From contig NC_092679.1 of NCBI RefSeq assembly GCF_964355755.1, positions 11,081,432 to 11,145,431 of the forward strand: DNA of 64,000 nucleotides. Direction: 5' to 3'. The stretch is from Antedon mediterranea (Eukaryota > Animalia > Echinodermata). A program made the position numbers and the translations under genes. This document shows positions 47,125 to 60,304 of this stretch, one piece after another. Position 1 is the first letter of the stretch; every line of letters begins with the position of its first letter. The notes under the pieces are model-generated. The model had not been told where the DNA came from. It worked only from the letters and a program-made list of their open reading frames with translations, and searched no databases.

Positions 47125-50105
47125 ATGCGACGAATGTTGCTGGCCGTCAAATCGTAAGTCGCCTTTTCTTTATTGTTAATCAATTATCCAAACAACGTTT
47201 CCTCATAGACACTGGGGCAGAAGTTAGCGTTGTTCCACCTACTCACCATGAGCGTCTACATAGGCGACAAGAGTCTACTTTGACTGCCGCAAATAATACA
47301 TCTATCAACACTTATGGACATCGCTCTGTAACCTTAGACTTAGGTTTGAGACGAACATCTCAATGGTTATTTGTTGTCGCAGACGTCACACACCCCATCA
47401 TAGGGGCTGATTTTTTAAGACATTTTGGACTGTTAGTCGATATGAATAATCGACGACTCATTGACACTACCACCAACCTGAGTATTCAAGGTGTCGCCTC
47501 CAAAACTTCGCCTCTCGGTCTTATATTTACCACCCTTGAGGCTAAGTCCAATTGGGACTACATTCTTACAAAATTCCCAAACATTACACGCCCTTGTTAT
47601 CAGGAAGCGTCGCTAAAACACGATGTGACACATCATATTCAGACCCATGGTCCACCAATTTCGTCACATCCTCGACGGCTCGCACATGACCGCTGCAAAA
47701 CAGCCAGACATGAATTTGAACACATGATGCAGCTTGGAATTATACGCCCCTCTAAAAGTAACTGGGCATCACCTTTACATATGGTGCCTAAGAAAACTCC
47801 TGGGGATTGGCGTCCCTGTGGGGATTATCGAGCATTGAACAATGCTACTGTTGCAGATCGGTATCCTATCCCGTACATGCACGATTTTACAGCATCTCTG
47901 CACGGATCCACTATATTTTCTAAGATTGATCTCGTCCGAGCTTACCATCAGATACCAGTTGAACCTGCTGATGTTCATAAAACAGCAATTACTACACCAT
48001 TTGGACTTTTTGAATTTGTTAGAATGCCATTTGGCCTCCGCAATGCCGCTCAAACTTTTCAACGTTTTATTGATCAGGTAACGCGTGGATTGGATTTTTG
48101 CTACGCTTATATCGACGACCTGCTTGTTGCAAGTTCCAACGCCGAGGAACACGAAACTCATCTTCATCAACTATTCACACGTCTTAATGAGTATGGCGTT
48201 GTTCTCAACCCAGCGAAATGCCAATTTGGAGTTTCGTCACTCGAGTTTCTTGGACATCATGTTGATTCGCAAGGTATCCGACCACTTCAAGTAAAGGTCG
48301 AAGCGATACAAAACTTTCCACAACCAACTTCTTTACGCAAACTACGTGAATTCCTTGGACTTATTAACTTTTATAGGCGATTTATACCGCAGTGTGCCCA
48401 GATTTTACAACCTGTCACAGCTCTACTTGTTGGGGCAGGTAAGAAACAGGATCTGGTATGGACCGACGCAGCTTTATTGGGATTTAATAATATTAAAGTC
48501 GCCCTCGCAAGTGCTACACTTCTCACCCATCCGCAGCCAGATGCACCTTTAAGTATCATGGTTGACGCTTCGGATGTGGCCATAGGGGGTATACTACAAC
48601 AATGCATTGACAACAATTGGCAACCTATTTCATTTTTCTCACAGAAGTTGAAACCAGCGCAGACGCGATACAGCACATTTGGTCGTGAACTTTTGGCGGC
48701 ATACCTTTCAGTTAAACATTTTCGTCATTCACTTGAAGGACGCTCATTTCATATTTTTACTGACCATAAGCCACTTGTATATGCTTTACTCGCCAAACCA
48801 AATCGTCACTCGCCGCGCGAAATCCGTCATCTCGATTTCATATCTCAATTTACAACGGACATACGCCATGTGAGTGGAAAAGCTAATGCAGCAGCTGATG
48901 CATTGTCGCGAATCGAACTTAATACTTTCAGTCACAACACAACTAACATTGTTGATTTTAGTCTTATTGCTGCTGCACAAAAGAATGACGATGAATGCAC
49001 AAGCTACTTGAATCACCGTTTTCACTACAATTTCAAAACTTTCCAATTCCAACTTCTGACTCTACAATTCTTTGTGATATTTCCAAAGGCAATCCACGTC
49101 CATATATCCCACAAGAATTTAGACGCATAATATTTGACACTCTACATTCGCTATCACATCCTGGTATACGAGCAACACAACGTTTAATTACTGACCGTTT
49201 TGTATGGCCAGCAATCAATCGTGATGTACGACGATGGTCTCAAACATGCATTCAATGTCAACGTTCCAAAGTACACCGGCACACCGTTTCGCCACTCTCT
49301 ACTTTTTCTACACCTGACGCCCGTTTTGACCATGTACATATAGATATTGTTGGACCTCTCCCTCCGTCAAATGGTTTTTCTTATTTACTTACTTTTATCG
49401 ATCGTTTTACTCGATGGCCCGAAGCCGTACCTATTCCGGATATCACAGCCGATACTGTCGCACACGCATTTGTCAATCGATGGATCGCTTCATTCGGAAT
49501 ACCTTCAACCATTACAACAGATCGAGGAAGACAATTTGAATCTGCATTATTTCATTCACTCGCCAACTTACTAGGAACTAAGCACATTCATACAACTGCC
49601 TACCATCCTATTGCGAACGGACTTGTAGAACGTTTTCATCGACATTTGAAGGGTTCTCTCAAAGCACATAATGATCACACTAAATGGACAGAACATTTAC
49701 CTATAGTACTTTTAGGCATTCGTACAGCCCTTAAGGCTGATCTAGGTCATAGTGCAGCTGAACTTGTTTATGGCACTACTTTAAGATTACCTGGACAATT
49801 CTTTAATTCAAACTCTGAACATTGTGATTATTCTAATTATATTGATAGATTGCGTGATAATATGAGTAAACTACGTCCCACACCTACCCGCACCAACTCT
49901 AACCGTAAATCCTATATCAATCAAGAAATATTTAATTGTACCCATGTTTTTGTGCGAAGGGACTCTGTTCGAAAACCCTTACAACGTCCATATGATGGTC
50001 CATTTAAGGTATTAAGTCGAACAGACAAACACTTTGTTCTCGATCTAAATGGTCGACAGGACACAGTCAGTATTGATCGCTTAAAGGTAGCTCATTTGGA
50101 TACCG
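47082..50105 (+). pseudogene. pol: Gypsy Pol (protease, RT, RNase H, integrase), in the -1 frame to gag, one frameshift near 48990
   Basis: [65 protein letters not shown]. Slippery-like GGAAAAC at 47100. Confidence 0.92.
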
Positions 50106-50698
50106 GTAGGTTGAGTCGACCTTCAATCAAATACTGTACATCGTTCATGTTGTGATTATAGACGGGGTATACTCGACCCGACCAGTTTGGTATTGTATAC
50201 TGTATCTGCTTATCACGTGACGATGCCAGGCATGGGCAGAGAGAGCACGTGTATCGTCGTCTCGCTCTCCTCGCTCAGCAGGAATGTATACGTTACGCTT
50301 CATTGATTTTGAAGGCTTTCCCTAAGTCAGTGCGAAAATCGGCAAACGTAAAGTGCAAACTTATCTAATTTTTCACTGTTTTGATGGATTTTCATAGAAA
50401 ATTGACTTTATAAATGGGAAGACAGACTAAAATTACATCAGATAAGTATAATTTTACAAAAGTAATTGATATGGTTAATGATAACGAGTCGTCGGAAGAT
50501 TGACCATTTCACGAATTTGCTATTCTGTAACCACAGTGTGATTTTGCCGTAGCTGCACTTGTAATCTGGCCTCATTTCACAGCCTTCGTTCTGCTTCACT
50601 GGGCGCTTATATAAATTGAAACTTTTACCGTTCAAGAGACAAACAAATATATTTTACATTTTTTACTATTCATTTTAAACCCGGAACCCCCCTTTAAC
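50106..50698 (+). mobile_element. Right part of a Kolobok-like element (copy 2) inserted at TTAA in repeat B1
   Basis: Matches 15137-15527. Ends CCCCCT|TTAA CCTATTTG; B2 shows the empty site AAGC TTAA CCTATTTG. Confidence 0.7.
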
Positions 50699-51624
50699 CT
50701 ATTTGTGTTGTGTGTAAAAGGAAATTTAAAGTAATAAATTATAGTTTATACACAGCACAAGTACTTTCTTTTAACTAAGGATGTGGTATATAAATGTGGG
50801 TAGATTTCAGAGTAATAGAAGTGTTAGGATGAATGGTATATTGTTTTTACAGGTAATTAAAACGGAATGTTAGTCAAGGGAGACACTTTATCAAAGTTCC
50901 AACCACAGTAATTGACAATGTATTTCTATAGACCAACGGGTATATCTAATAGTGGAACCACAAAAATGTAGGATAGGCTAATTTCTAATTGGCAACCAAT
51001 GGGAATTCAGTGTGTTTTCAGTTGTTTACTAAGATGCATACTAGCACACTTCATTGTTAAATTAGCCGTTCGATAGTTGTACAAACTTTTCAATCTTTCC
51101 CACCCAGCCATCCCCCGGCATCATCCAACACCTAACTCAACACAGGTGCTACTCATATGTTACTCATGTTATTCGCTAATTTGGCTGGTATAATTCTGGG
51201 GAATTATTTTGCCCCCAAATTCCACAATTTACCTAACGGATGTCACTTACATCCTTACCGATATACTTAATAACAACCATTTGATTTACTGGCTCCTGTG
51301 ACAACACACTGGACCTTTCATACAGCGATGTCATATGAGTGGTAGCCCCCAAGAGGCCAAAATGTAGTTTATTATTAAGAAATAAATAAATATTATGTAT
51401 TGTTAAATATGTATACTCTGAATAACTTGGAAGCTTAACCTATTTGTGTTGTGTGTAAACTGTGTATTTATTGTCAGTCCGAGTCCGAGTTCTAACTCAG
51501 CTAAACGCTATTAGACGACATACGCGCCGAGTATATAGCCGAATAGGGGGAAACTGCGGACCTTTAGGGCTGCTGTCTGAGTTTTTGTCATCCCAAATAT
51601 ATACTGCTGCCATTAAAAAAAGAT

Positions 51625-51945
51625 TCAACCTTGTATCGCTTTACATGAATAAACCCATTTGGGCGTGGCCCTAAAATGTTGCTGTTTGGCGCCCCGTACA
51701 GGATAAAGTTGCTGTCATTGGTGATGTAATCATTAGTAGCCCACTGCGAATGATATCCAAAAAAGTTTATCCTTGTATCGCTTCACATAAATAAATGCAT
51801 TTTTACCACCCTATGTTATGATCCCCACAGGCCCTATGTACAGGCTGTGACCCGGCAGCAATGTCGAATATTGCATCTCGCCCTAATACGCACCTAACTA
51901 CATCATCAAACCTTTTGTATCTTTTCACATGAATAAATCTTCCGG
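51625..51945. repeat. Degenerate ~140-bp tandem repeat
   Basis: CCTTGTATCGCTT(T/C)ACAT(G/A)AATAAA-like motif at ~51629, 51771 and 51911. Confidence 0.5.
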
Positions 51946-52027
51946 GCGCCCGGTCTACTACCGTTAATACACATGTTTATTGATTGTGTATTGTGTCCTA
52001 TCATTAAACATCACATTGGCGACGAAG

Positions 52028-52897
52028 ATGATGGGATTGAAGTTAATTCCACATTTTGAAAGTTTCGATATACATGGAGAAGGTAACATTGACAAAAGAT
52101 GGGAGAAATGGGTAAAACGACTAGAAATTTTTTTTGTTGCTGCCGACATTGGAGAAACGGCTAGGCAAAAGGCGCTACTTCTACACTATGGTGGGCAAGA
52201 TTTGCTCGACGTGTATGAGACGCTTGGTGATAGGGGAACAACATTCAGTAGTGCCAAAGATAAATTGTCAGCATATTTGAAACCCAAAAAGAACATTGAA
52301 TATGAAACATACATATTCAGAAACACGAAGCAAGAGCACGGAGAAAAGATTATAGAATATGTGACAAGGCTGAGACAGCTAGCAGTGAATTGTGAGTTCG
52401 CGAACGTAGACAAAGAAATCAAGTCGCAAATAATTCAGTGTTGCGCGTCCCAACGCTTACAGAGGAAAGCTCTCAAAACGCACGATATGTCGCTCAAGGC
52501 TCTACTCGAAGAAGGACGAGCATTGGAAATTAGCGAGCAACATGCAGCAGGCATTGAAGAAGGCGTGAGTTTTGTAAAACATAAGCTTACTCATCATGCA
52601 AATAATCATAAAGATAGAAATGTTAAATATGCTAGTAGTAGTAAGAAGAATAATGATAGACATACAGTGAAATCTAGTGAGTGTTATAAAGTTGGCCTCA
52701 CACAGATGGGTGTCCTGCACGTGAACGACATTGCAATAAATGCAGTAAAATTGGGCATTATGCCAAAGTATGTCGCGGTGGTACTAGTAGTACATCAGGC
52801 AGTAAACACAAAAATGTGAAAGGTCAGAATAATGTCAAACAAATTCAAGATAAAGTAGTCAGAGTCAGATTCAGATAATGAATTGTATGTTGACTTA
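52028..52897 (+). pseudogene. gag: Gypsy gag, frameshifted in the zinc-knuckle region
   Basis: RWEKW..RLE.F..A, ALLLHYGG, YETYIFR...Q..GE....YVTRLRQLA..CEF. CNKC.KIGHYAKVC lies in a shifted frame. Confidence 0.85.
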
Positions 52898-53888
52898 GAC
52901 CCCATTTACACTTCAGCTTTTAGCGAGCTCGAGGCCGGCTCCGAGCCAAAAGTGCACAAGTGTAAACACTCTGGGAACAACCGAGCCGGCCTCGAGCCGG
53001 CTCAATTTTGAGCCTAGTCTAGAGTAGGCTTCGGGCCGGCAATTGCGGGCTTCGGGCCGGCACTTCGTATAGTGTAAACACTCGCGGTCATAAAATGAAC
53101 GTTCTGGGTCAACTATAGCTTTAAGTTTACGAAACTTATTGCTGATGAATCGATAGTATACGCCTTTTTCACGAAACGAAGACATCTTCGATCTATGACA
53201 AACAATGCCGTGCAACGAAGCGTAACCAACAGAAATAACATAGCGTTTTCATGGGATTTCAGGACACCATGCGGCGCCAATGCTTATAAACTGTGGTGTT
53301 TTTTTCGATGGACTTAAGAAGTGAAAAAAAAAAATTTTAATTTTTTTCAATCACACAGTTATATAGGCTAATCTTTTTACAGTACAAATTTTGTCCATAC
53401 GACTGTCCGTTGAGGAGTTACGAATTTTTAAGTAACTTGTCCTCCGAAAATAGGCTGAAAACGCTATGTTATTTCTGTTAGTTACGCTTCGTTGAACGGC
53501 ATTGTTTGTGTTTTCATCGATCGAAGATGTCTTCCGTTTCGTAAAAAAGGCGTATTATCTACTACTATTCTTTAGAAAACGAGACGCAAACATTAGTAGT
53601 AAAGCAATAATACAATTGTTTTGATCCATATTAAATACCGTTATTTGATTCTTTTTTGATAAAGTTGATAGGCCTAGGCCCCTAGGCCTAGTGTAGATCG
53701 ACAACTTTTTAACATGAGCGGATATGACGTGAATGTAGCGAAATCGTACCATCGAGCACTCTTCCGCGAGAGCAAGTGTAAACACAATAGTAGGGGTAAG
53801 TGTAAACACATTGCTGGCTAAAAAGAAAGCCGGCGTCGGGCCGACTTCGGGCCGGCTAAGAAATCGTCGATGAAGTGTAAATGGGGTC
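52898..53888. mobile_element. PIF/Harbinger-like non-autonomous element
   Basis: 18-bp TIR GACCCCATTTACACTTCA / TGAAGTGTAAATGGGGTC; flanks TTA and ATA; internal GTGTAAAC repeats. Confidence 0.8.
53158..53555. mobile_element. MITE with ~95-bp TIRs nested in the Harbinger-like element
   Basis: ATACGCCTTTTT...CATAGCGTTTTCA (53158-53251) is inverted at 53457-53555. Confidence 0.82.
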
Positions 53889-53891
53889 ATA

Positions 53892-56620
53892 GCCTTAGAA
53901 TCAGATAGTGATTCTACTTTTAATATACAAACTAGAAAACCAAGAATGAGACCAGAAATAACTGTTTTAGTTAATGGCCAAAAGCTGAAAATGCTTATTG
54001 ACACAGGTTCAACTGTAAATGTTATAAATGATAATGTGGCACGTTTTTTAAAGGTTAAAATAAAACCATGCACCACACAGTTGTTTGCATTTAATGCTTC
54101 TGAACCACTACCTGTTAACATAAAACACAAAGATAAAATAATGAAATGTGAATTTGTTATTGTAAAAGGTTCAGCTGGTCCTATATTAAGTCATGAAACA
54201 TCATGTAACTTAGGGTTATTTAATGCAAATTGTTTATGATATGACAACAGATGATGTGTACAGTAAATACCCAAACTTGTTTGTAGGCTTAGGTAAAATG
54301 ATAGATACCCCTGTAAAGTTACACATTGATGAACAGGTTACGCCAATACGGCAAACACATCGAAGGATTCCGTTTCACCAAAGAAAAAATTTAGGTGAAT
54401 GTTTACAATATCTATTTAAGAGAAGACATAATAGAACCAGCAGAGGGTTCAACCCCATGGATAAACCCGATTGTACTAGTTCCTAAACCTAAACAACCAG
54501 GTGGCGTTAGATTGTGTGTAGACATGCGTGAAGCAAATAAAGCTATTTCGCGAGAAAAGCATTTGATGCCGACCATTAATGAAATAATACATGATCTGAA
54601 CGGAGCTGCGATGTTCAGTAAGATTGATTTAAATCATGGATACCATCAGTTAGTACTAGATGAAAAGTCTCGCTATATAACAACATTCACAACCCACAAA
54701 GGTTTGTTTAGATATAAGCGGTTGAGCTTCGGAATCATTGCTGCAGCCGAGAAATTTCAAAGTGTGATAGCGACAGCGATAAGTGGAATACAAGGAGTAA
54801 AAAACATTAGCGACGATATTATTGTTTATGGTGTAGATGCTAAAAGTCACAATACTGCATTACACCAAGTTTTAAAAAGACTACAGAGTCTGAACCTCAC
54901 ATTGAATAAGTCAAAATGTCAATTTCACATGCCCAGCATTGAATTCTTTGGTATGGTTTTCAGCGCGGATGGTATGCGAGCAGATCCTAACAAAGTTAAG
55001 GTGATCAAAAACGCGGAACCGCCAACCAGCGAGAGTGAATGTCGCAGTTTGCTAGGTATAAGCAACTATGTGTCGCGATTCATCCCAGGTTATGCAGAGT
55101 TGATATCGCCTATTTTACAGCTTGTCAAAAAGAATGCAGTATTCGCATGGGAAGCTGCACAACAAAAAGCACTGGATGAGTTAAAAGTTCGCTTAACATC
55201 AAAAGCAGTTATGTCCTATTTTGATCCAAACAAGTCGACAACAGTGCTTGTGGATGCAAGTCCACGTGCATTAGGAGCCATGCTTACGCAGGAAGGCAGA
55301 GTTATCGCATATTGCAGTAAAACATTGACAGATGTAGAGATGCGTTATTCGCAAATTGAACGCGAAGCGTTAGCGATCGCGTGGGCATGTAGTCATTTTC
55401 GAATGTATGTACTTGGAAAACATTTCAGTGTTGTTACAGATCATAAGCCACTGTTGGCAATTTTCAACAACCCGTGGTCTGAAGCCTCAACAAGAATTGA
55501 AAATTGGAGATTGAGACTCCAATGCTTTGACTTCACGGTATATTATGAAAAAGGAAAGAACAATCCTGCAGACTATGTGTCAAGATGTGACGTCACAAGA
55601 TATTGATGATTTTGTGAGTCGCTCAGGTGAAAAACATGCATTATATGTAGTCAATTCTGCGATGCCACTTGCACTTTCAGTAGAAGAAGTTAGCAAAGCC
55701 ACAAATGATGATATGACTCTTCAAGCTGTTAAAAAAACTATAATGACAAACTCACCTGCAGCATGGAAAAATGACATTGTCAAGAGATTTGCTTTTGTTC
55801 GCGATGAACTAACCTTGTCTTTCAGAAAATACAGTTAAAAAGTGTGTTGAGTGCCAAATTGCCACAACTTCAAAACAAAGAGAACCGTTACGTATGACAC
55901 AGTTGCCAGAAGGACCATGGCAAGAAATTTGTATGGACTTTACACAGGTGGGCACTAAATATGCATTGATCATTGTCGATGAATATTCAAGATATCCGGT
56001 AGTGGAAGTTGTTCACTCTACAGCAGCTAAAGTTGTGATTCCAAAATTAGATAAAGTATTTTCAATGTTTGGTATACCAAAGGTGGTCAAGACAGACAAT
56101 GGTCCACCCTTTAACAGTTTCGAGTTCAAACGTTTTTCTCAGCAGTTTGGTTTCAAGCATCGTAAGGTTACTCCACTTTGGCCTGAAGCCAACGGTGAAG
56201 CCGAGCGATTTGTCAAAACATTCAAGAAATTACTACACACTTCCAACCAATGGCAAAAAGATATGCACGCTTTTCTAAGGAGTTACAGGTCCACTCCTCA
56301 TAGCACTACAAACGTTCCACCTGCTACAGCATTATTTGGCCGTCCAATTAGAACAAAGTTACCAGTGTTAGACCAAAAACATCCAACATTTCAACCACAC
56401 TTAATGCAAACACGAGATGATGGTAAAAGAAAGGTGAAACAGTCTAACATTCAGATCAACGAGAAAGTGCTTGTTAGACAAAAGCAAACACACAAGATGG
56501 CGACACCATATGCTCCAATAATGATGAAAGTTGTTGCGAAAAATCGCAGTATGATAACAGCTCGCGGACCGGATGGTGATATCACAAGAAACTCTTCGTA
56601 CATTTAGATTCAAACGTAGA
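53892..56620 (+). pseudogene. pol: Gypsy pol (protease, RT, RNase H, integrase), frameshifted and deleted
   Basis: LIDTGS, PWINPIVLV, RLCVDMR, ISDDII, VDAS..EREALA..TDHKPL, PWQEICMDF, TDNGPPF, NGEAERF. Confidence 0.92.
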
Positions 56621-57092
56621 ACAGTTTCAGAGTAAGAAGAAGGAAATAAGAGAACAAAGCGATCAACACAGAAACCAGAACGATTAATTGAACAGTGCAT
56701 GATAGATAAGAAAGAGTGATTTAGAACCATTGTTAGCAAAGAATGATTATGTTTAGTTGATCTACAAACAAATGAATACTGTGACAAACCAATCATGATG
56801 ATTACTATGTTTTATTAGTTTTAGTTTTTGTAGTTTTTATTAGCACTGTAATTAATATGTAACACAATACTTCAATAATAGTGACTCATAACTTCACCTT
56901 TGACCCTAGGACATAAACCATATAATTAAAATTCATGTGATACACTATATTTCTAGAAAGGGGGAGATGTAATGTTGTATTCTTACAATACTGCCCTCTG
57001 GAGTATGATTGAATAAAGTACTCAGCAGAGTAGTGATAATGGCTACCGTTGATACACGTGTTTATTGATTGTGTATTGTGTCCTATCATTAA

Positions 57093-57716
57093 AGACCCCT
57101 TCCCTGCAATTTTGGACGTTTTTTGGAAAATAATACATATATCACTTTAAAAACATTAAACCATGTCGTTCCTTGTCTTAAATGTACGTTTTATGGTAAA
57201 TTATGATAAAAAGTGAGAAACAATGCACTACCTAAGTAGCTCGTGGCAATCGACCTCTCGTGGACGGTCTTGGGCCTAGCCTAGCTAGGCTTAGTTTTGT
57301 AGGCCTAGCTGGTAAACATCGGTAACGTACGAACATCATACGCTAGCTATATACCTAGCCTGACGTTGTATAGTTGCTGCATTAATTGTCTTTCTATTTT
57401 TGCCAGACTCCGTTGATACAAATTAGGGAAAACCCGGTATTTTCGCTGAAAAGTTAGGAGTCTTCCATTTGTTTTGGCCTCACAATCGATCGAAAAGGGG
57501 GCGAATTACAGGTGAAAAACAAAAATATCAATCCGCGCACAATGCATTTTGGGATTTATAGCGGGCTGCTATAATTATTAGAATCGACTTATTTTTCACA
57601 TTTTTAACCGTTTAAAGACGAAAATAGTTATCGCAATAGGACCATATAGTATTATTTTTACATTAAATATAGTTTGTGATCTTAAATTAGATCTAAAAAA
57701 CGTAGGGAAGGGGGCT
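57093..57716 (-). mobile_element. Kolobok-like element (copy B) inserted in the Gypsy 3' LTR
   Basis: TTAA at 57089-92 and 57717-20; reverse complement of 18717-19342. Confidence 0.88.
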
Positions 57717-57783
57717 TTAAACATCACAGTTACCAAAACACATTCTCTTATGTACCACCATTCGACACATGTATTGGAATAAA

Positions 57784-57945
57784 CGGTTCTAGGACACCTA
57801 CCCCCTAGACAGTTACCCCCCCGGATGTTTACCACCCGGACAACCACCCCCTTAGGACAACCACCCCCTTAGGACAACCACCCCCTTAGGACAACTACCC
57901 CCTTAGGACAACTACGCCCCGGTCAACTACCACCCCCCCCCCCCC
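57784..57945. repeat. GGACAAC(C/T)ACCCCCTTA 17-18-bp tandem repeat, likely a transposon subterminal array
   Basis: About 8 variable copies following CGGTTCTA. Confidence 0.7.
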
Positions 57946-58672
57946 CCCCAAATCCAAAAGTAGACAAATATATAGGACCGGTTTCTGTAAAAATGAAATC
58001 ATCTGTTTTTAACGGGTGTTTCGAAACTAGAGACCCGAGACCAGATACCTGACACGAGACCCAATATGAAAAGGGAGACCTATATTTGGGTCTCCTTTTC
58101 GTATATTAGGGTCTCCCTTTTCGTATAGTGTGGTCTCTCTTTTCGTATAGTGGGGTCTCCCTTTTCTTATTAGTCCAGTCAAAAATCACCCTCACCATGG
58201 TATAAGAACGTACCCTAATAAAATTTCACCCGTAGGTTCTATGTATATAGGTAATAACATTTCTTGATGTTGCGTCTTGCAAAACTTGGGATTTTACGAG
58301 AAAATTAGACTTTTACACCTAATTTATAACCACCTCATGTCGTATTATTGTGTACAGCGAATGCGACGAAGCGTGACTGAAATTACGAGACGCCGTTAGC
58401 GCCCGTTGAAAAATGCATTAACAAAGCTAAAAAGCTACAAAACTAATAGTTTATACAATGATTTAAATATAGTTTACAATAAATTGTATAATAAAATACA
58501 TAACATACAGAGAAAACTCAAATGTAAACTAAAATATTTACAGATATGTGTTTAAAAATGTACAAATCAAAATGGCCTTCCATAAAATAAAGTGCGCCCT
58601 CACGAGTCATACTTTTATCGGACTTGTATATGAATGGTTATACAAGGCATAAATATACAAAACCCGATGCGG

Positions 58673-60147
58673 TTTATTAGGTTATATGCATTATCATGCA
58701 TATAACCTCTTGATTCTGTCAAAATCTTTATTTATTTATTCTTTCCTTAGCACTATTTTGTCCGTGAATTATCTTGATATCAGTTTCATCTATCTAAGTC
58801 AATTTTTCAGAGTATATTCCTTATGGCCAGGAATCGATGTGGTTATATTTTCACGATGCGTAATCAAAAATTACGCGGTCTACGCGCGATTTTACGAAAT
58901 CACGTTTGTAATCATATCTTCACAAGCATGAATCACAATTAAACAAAATTTGGTACTCATAAATTTCAGGTCATATTTCATCATATGGCAATACAATTAC
59001 GTGCGTAGCGCATATAACGCTTGCGTACGCGCGCTTAAAATGTTCAAAATTGTCAAAATTTATTTTCGATGAAATTAGAGTACGTTTCAGGCAATTTTAA
59101 GCGTTTAAAAAATTGCCATGAGTGCACAGATTTTTGCACGCGCACTGCGCGTTATACGTTAATGCGCACTCTTTTTGTCCGATTTCGGTTGTACAACCTT
59201 TCTTTAATAATATCATCATATTTTATTCACTTTTCAACACGTAATTGCCTTATACGAGCACGTCAAAAGTGACAGGCTACGCACGTGTAAGTTAACAAAA
59301 TGGTGAAAATATGCTAAATTTTAAAATTAATATAGATCGTCAGAATGCTCGGGAACACATATTTTTTATTTAATTTTCTTGAAGTGTATGTATCTTATGT
59401 ATGATTTATTATTAAACTAAGGGAACAAAAGTTGATTAAGCCATAATTAATTGCATATTAAATTAAAAAAAATTCATTTCGACAATCAAACAAATTATGA
59501 CATTTTCTTAGGCCAAAATAACAAACTTAACATTAACTTTCTTCCTTCAAAAGTTCATATATTAAAGTTAAAAGTATATAGTTTGACAGTGCATCATTTT
59601 TGTATATTTTTAGAGATGTCATCATAGTAAAAAATTATAATTCATTGCGGTATGTAATAATCTATCTGCACCAAAGTGGTTACTGCATAGTAAATACACG
59701 GAGGAATTTTTCTACAATTTTTAGTCAGTTGTGTATGGCTCGGTGGTGTGTGCTCGTGTCTATGGCACTCAAGGTACCGAGATCGAGTCTCACCTTGGGA
59801 AACGAAATAAATTTTTTTTTTATTATCCCTATTGTTTGTTCAAATTTATTTCTTAGTGTATATATTATACACATGATTTATAATGAAATCTAGATAAAAA
59901 ATAACTTATGTCTTTATTATTATGTAACAGCAAATGTGGTTTATGACATTATACGCAGAGGGATCTTTGATCGGATTGTGATACCGGCTATTGTATTCGC
60001 GTTAGCAAGGTCCTATCATATATTATATATTATTTAAAGAATCTGAGAAAATCAATGAATCAAAATATCTTTTAAAAATAAATTATCTTTATTTTAATTA
60101 TCAATGCATATAACCTATAATTCGTCATAGTGACGAATTAAATCTAG
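58673..60147 (+). mobile_element. Complete non-autonomous Helentron (HINE/DINE-1-like)
   Basis: AGGTTATATGCAT-tatc-ATGCATATAACCT at 58679-58708; ATGCATATAACCT at 60104-16; hairpin TAATTCGTCA/TGACGAATTA at 60118-40; CTAG at 60144-47; TT flanks. Confidence 0.85.
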
Positions 60148-60271
60148 TTAGTTATTGCCTTTTTTTTACGCAAGAGGCAGAATATTTTATTTTCACAAAT
60201 TTATTTATATTTTTTATCATGGAAAAAAGGATTGTATATATTTAAACACATTACAACCTCCAGTATACCAT

Positions 60272-60273
<2 letters not shown>

Positions 60274-60304
<31 letters not shown>

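Larger units (their letters stand above)
45943..50105 (+). mobile_element. Nested Ty3/Gypsy LTR retrotransposon, 3'-truncated
   Basis: Candidate LTR TGTAG...CCACA at 45943-46120, degenerate PBS TGGT..GACCC at 46141, then gag and pol. Confidence 0.85.
42203..51459 (+). mobile_element. Tyrosine-recombinase retrotransposon with split direct repeats (Ngaro/DIRS-like), interrupted
   Basis: A1 42203-42584 = A2 50718-51098. The B1 remnant 50695-50717 matches the end of B2 (51099-51459). Order is gag, RT, RNase H, YR. Confidence 0.88.
51958..57728 (+). mobile_element. Ty3/Gypsy LTR retrotransposon with partial 5' LTR, PBS, PPT and interrupted 3' LTR
   Basis: The 5' LTR remnant ends AACATCACA at 52015; PBS TGGCGACGA at 52017; PPT AGAAAGGGGGAGA at 56955-67; 3' LTR TGTAATGTT (56968) ... 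AACATCACA (57728). Confidence 0.9.

Noticed and set aside
48980-49000. Programmed frameshift between RNase H and integrase
   Set aside because: No slippery site; a single-base loss (GAA-TGC for GAA-TTG-CAC) explains it as decay.
57784-57945. Telomeric repeat (contains TTAGG)
   Set aside because: The unit is 17-18 bp, not a tandem TTAGG/TTAGGG; it fits a transposon subterminal repeat.
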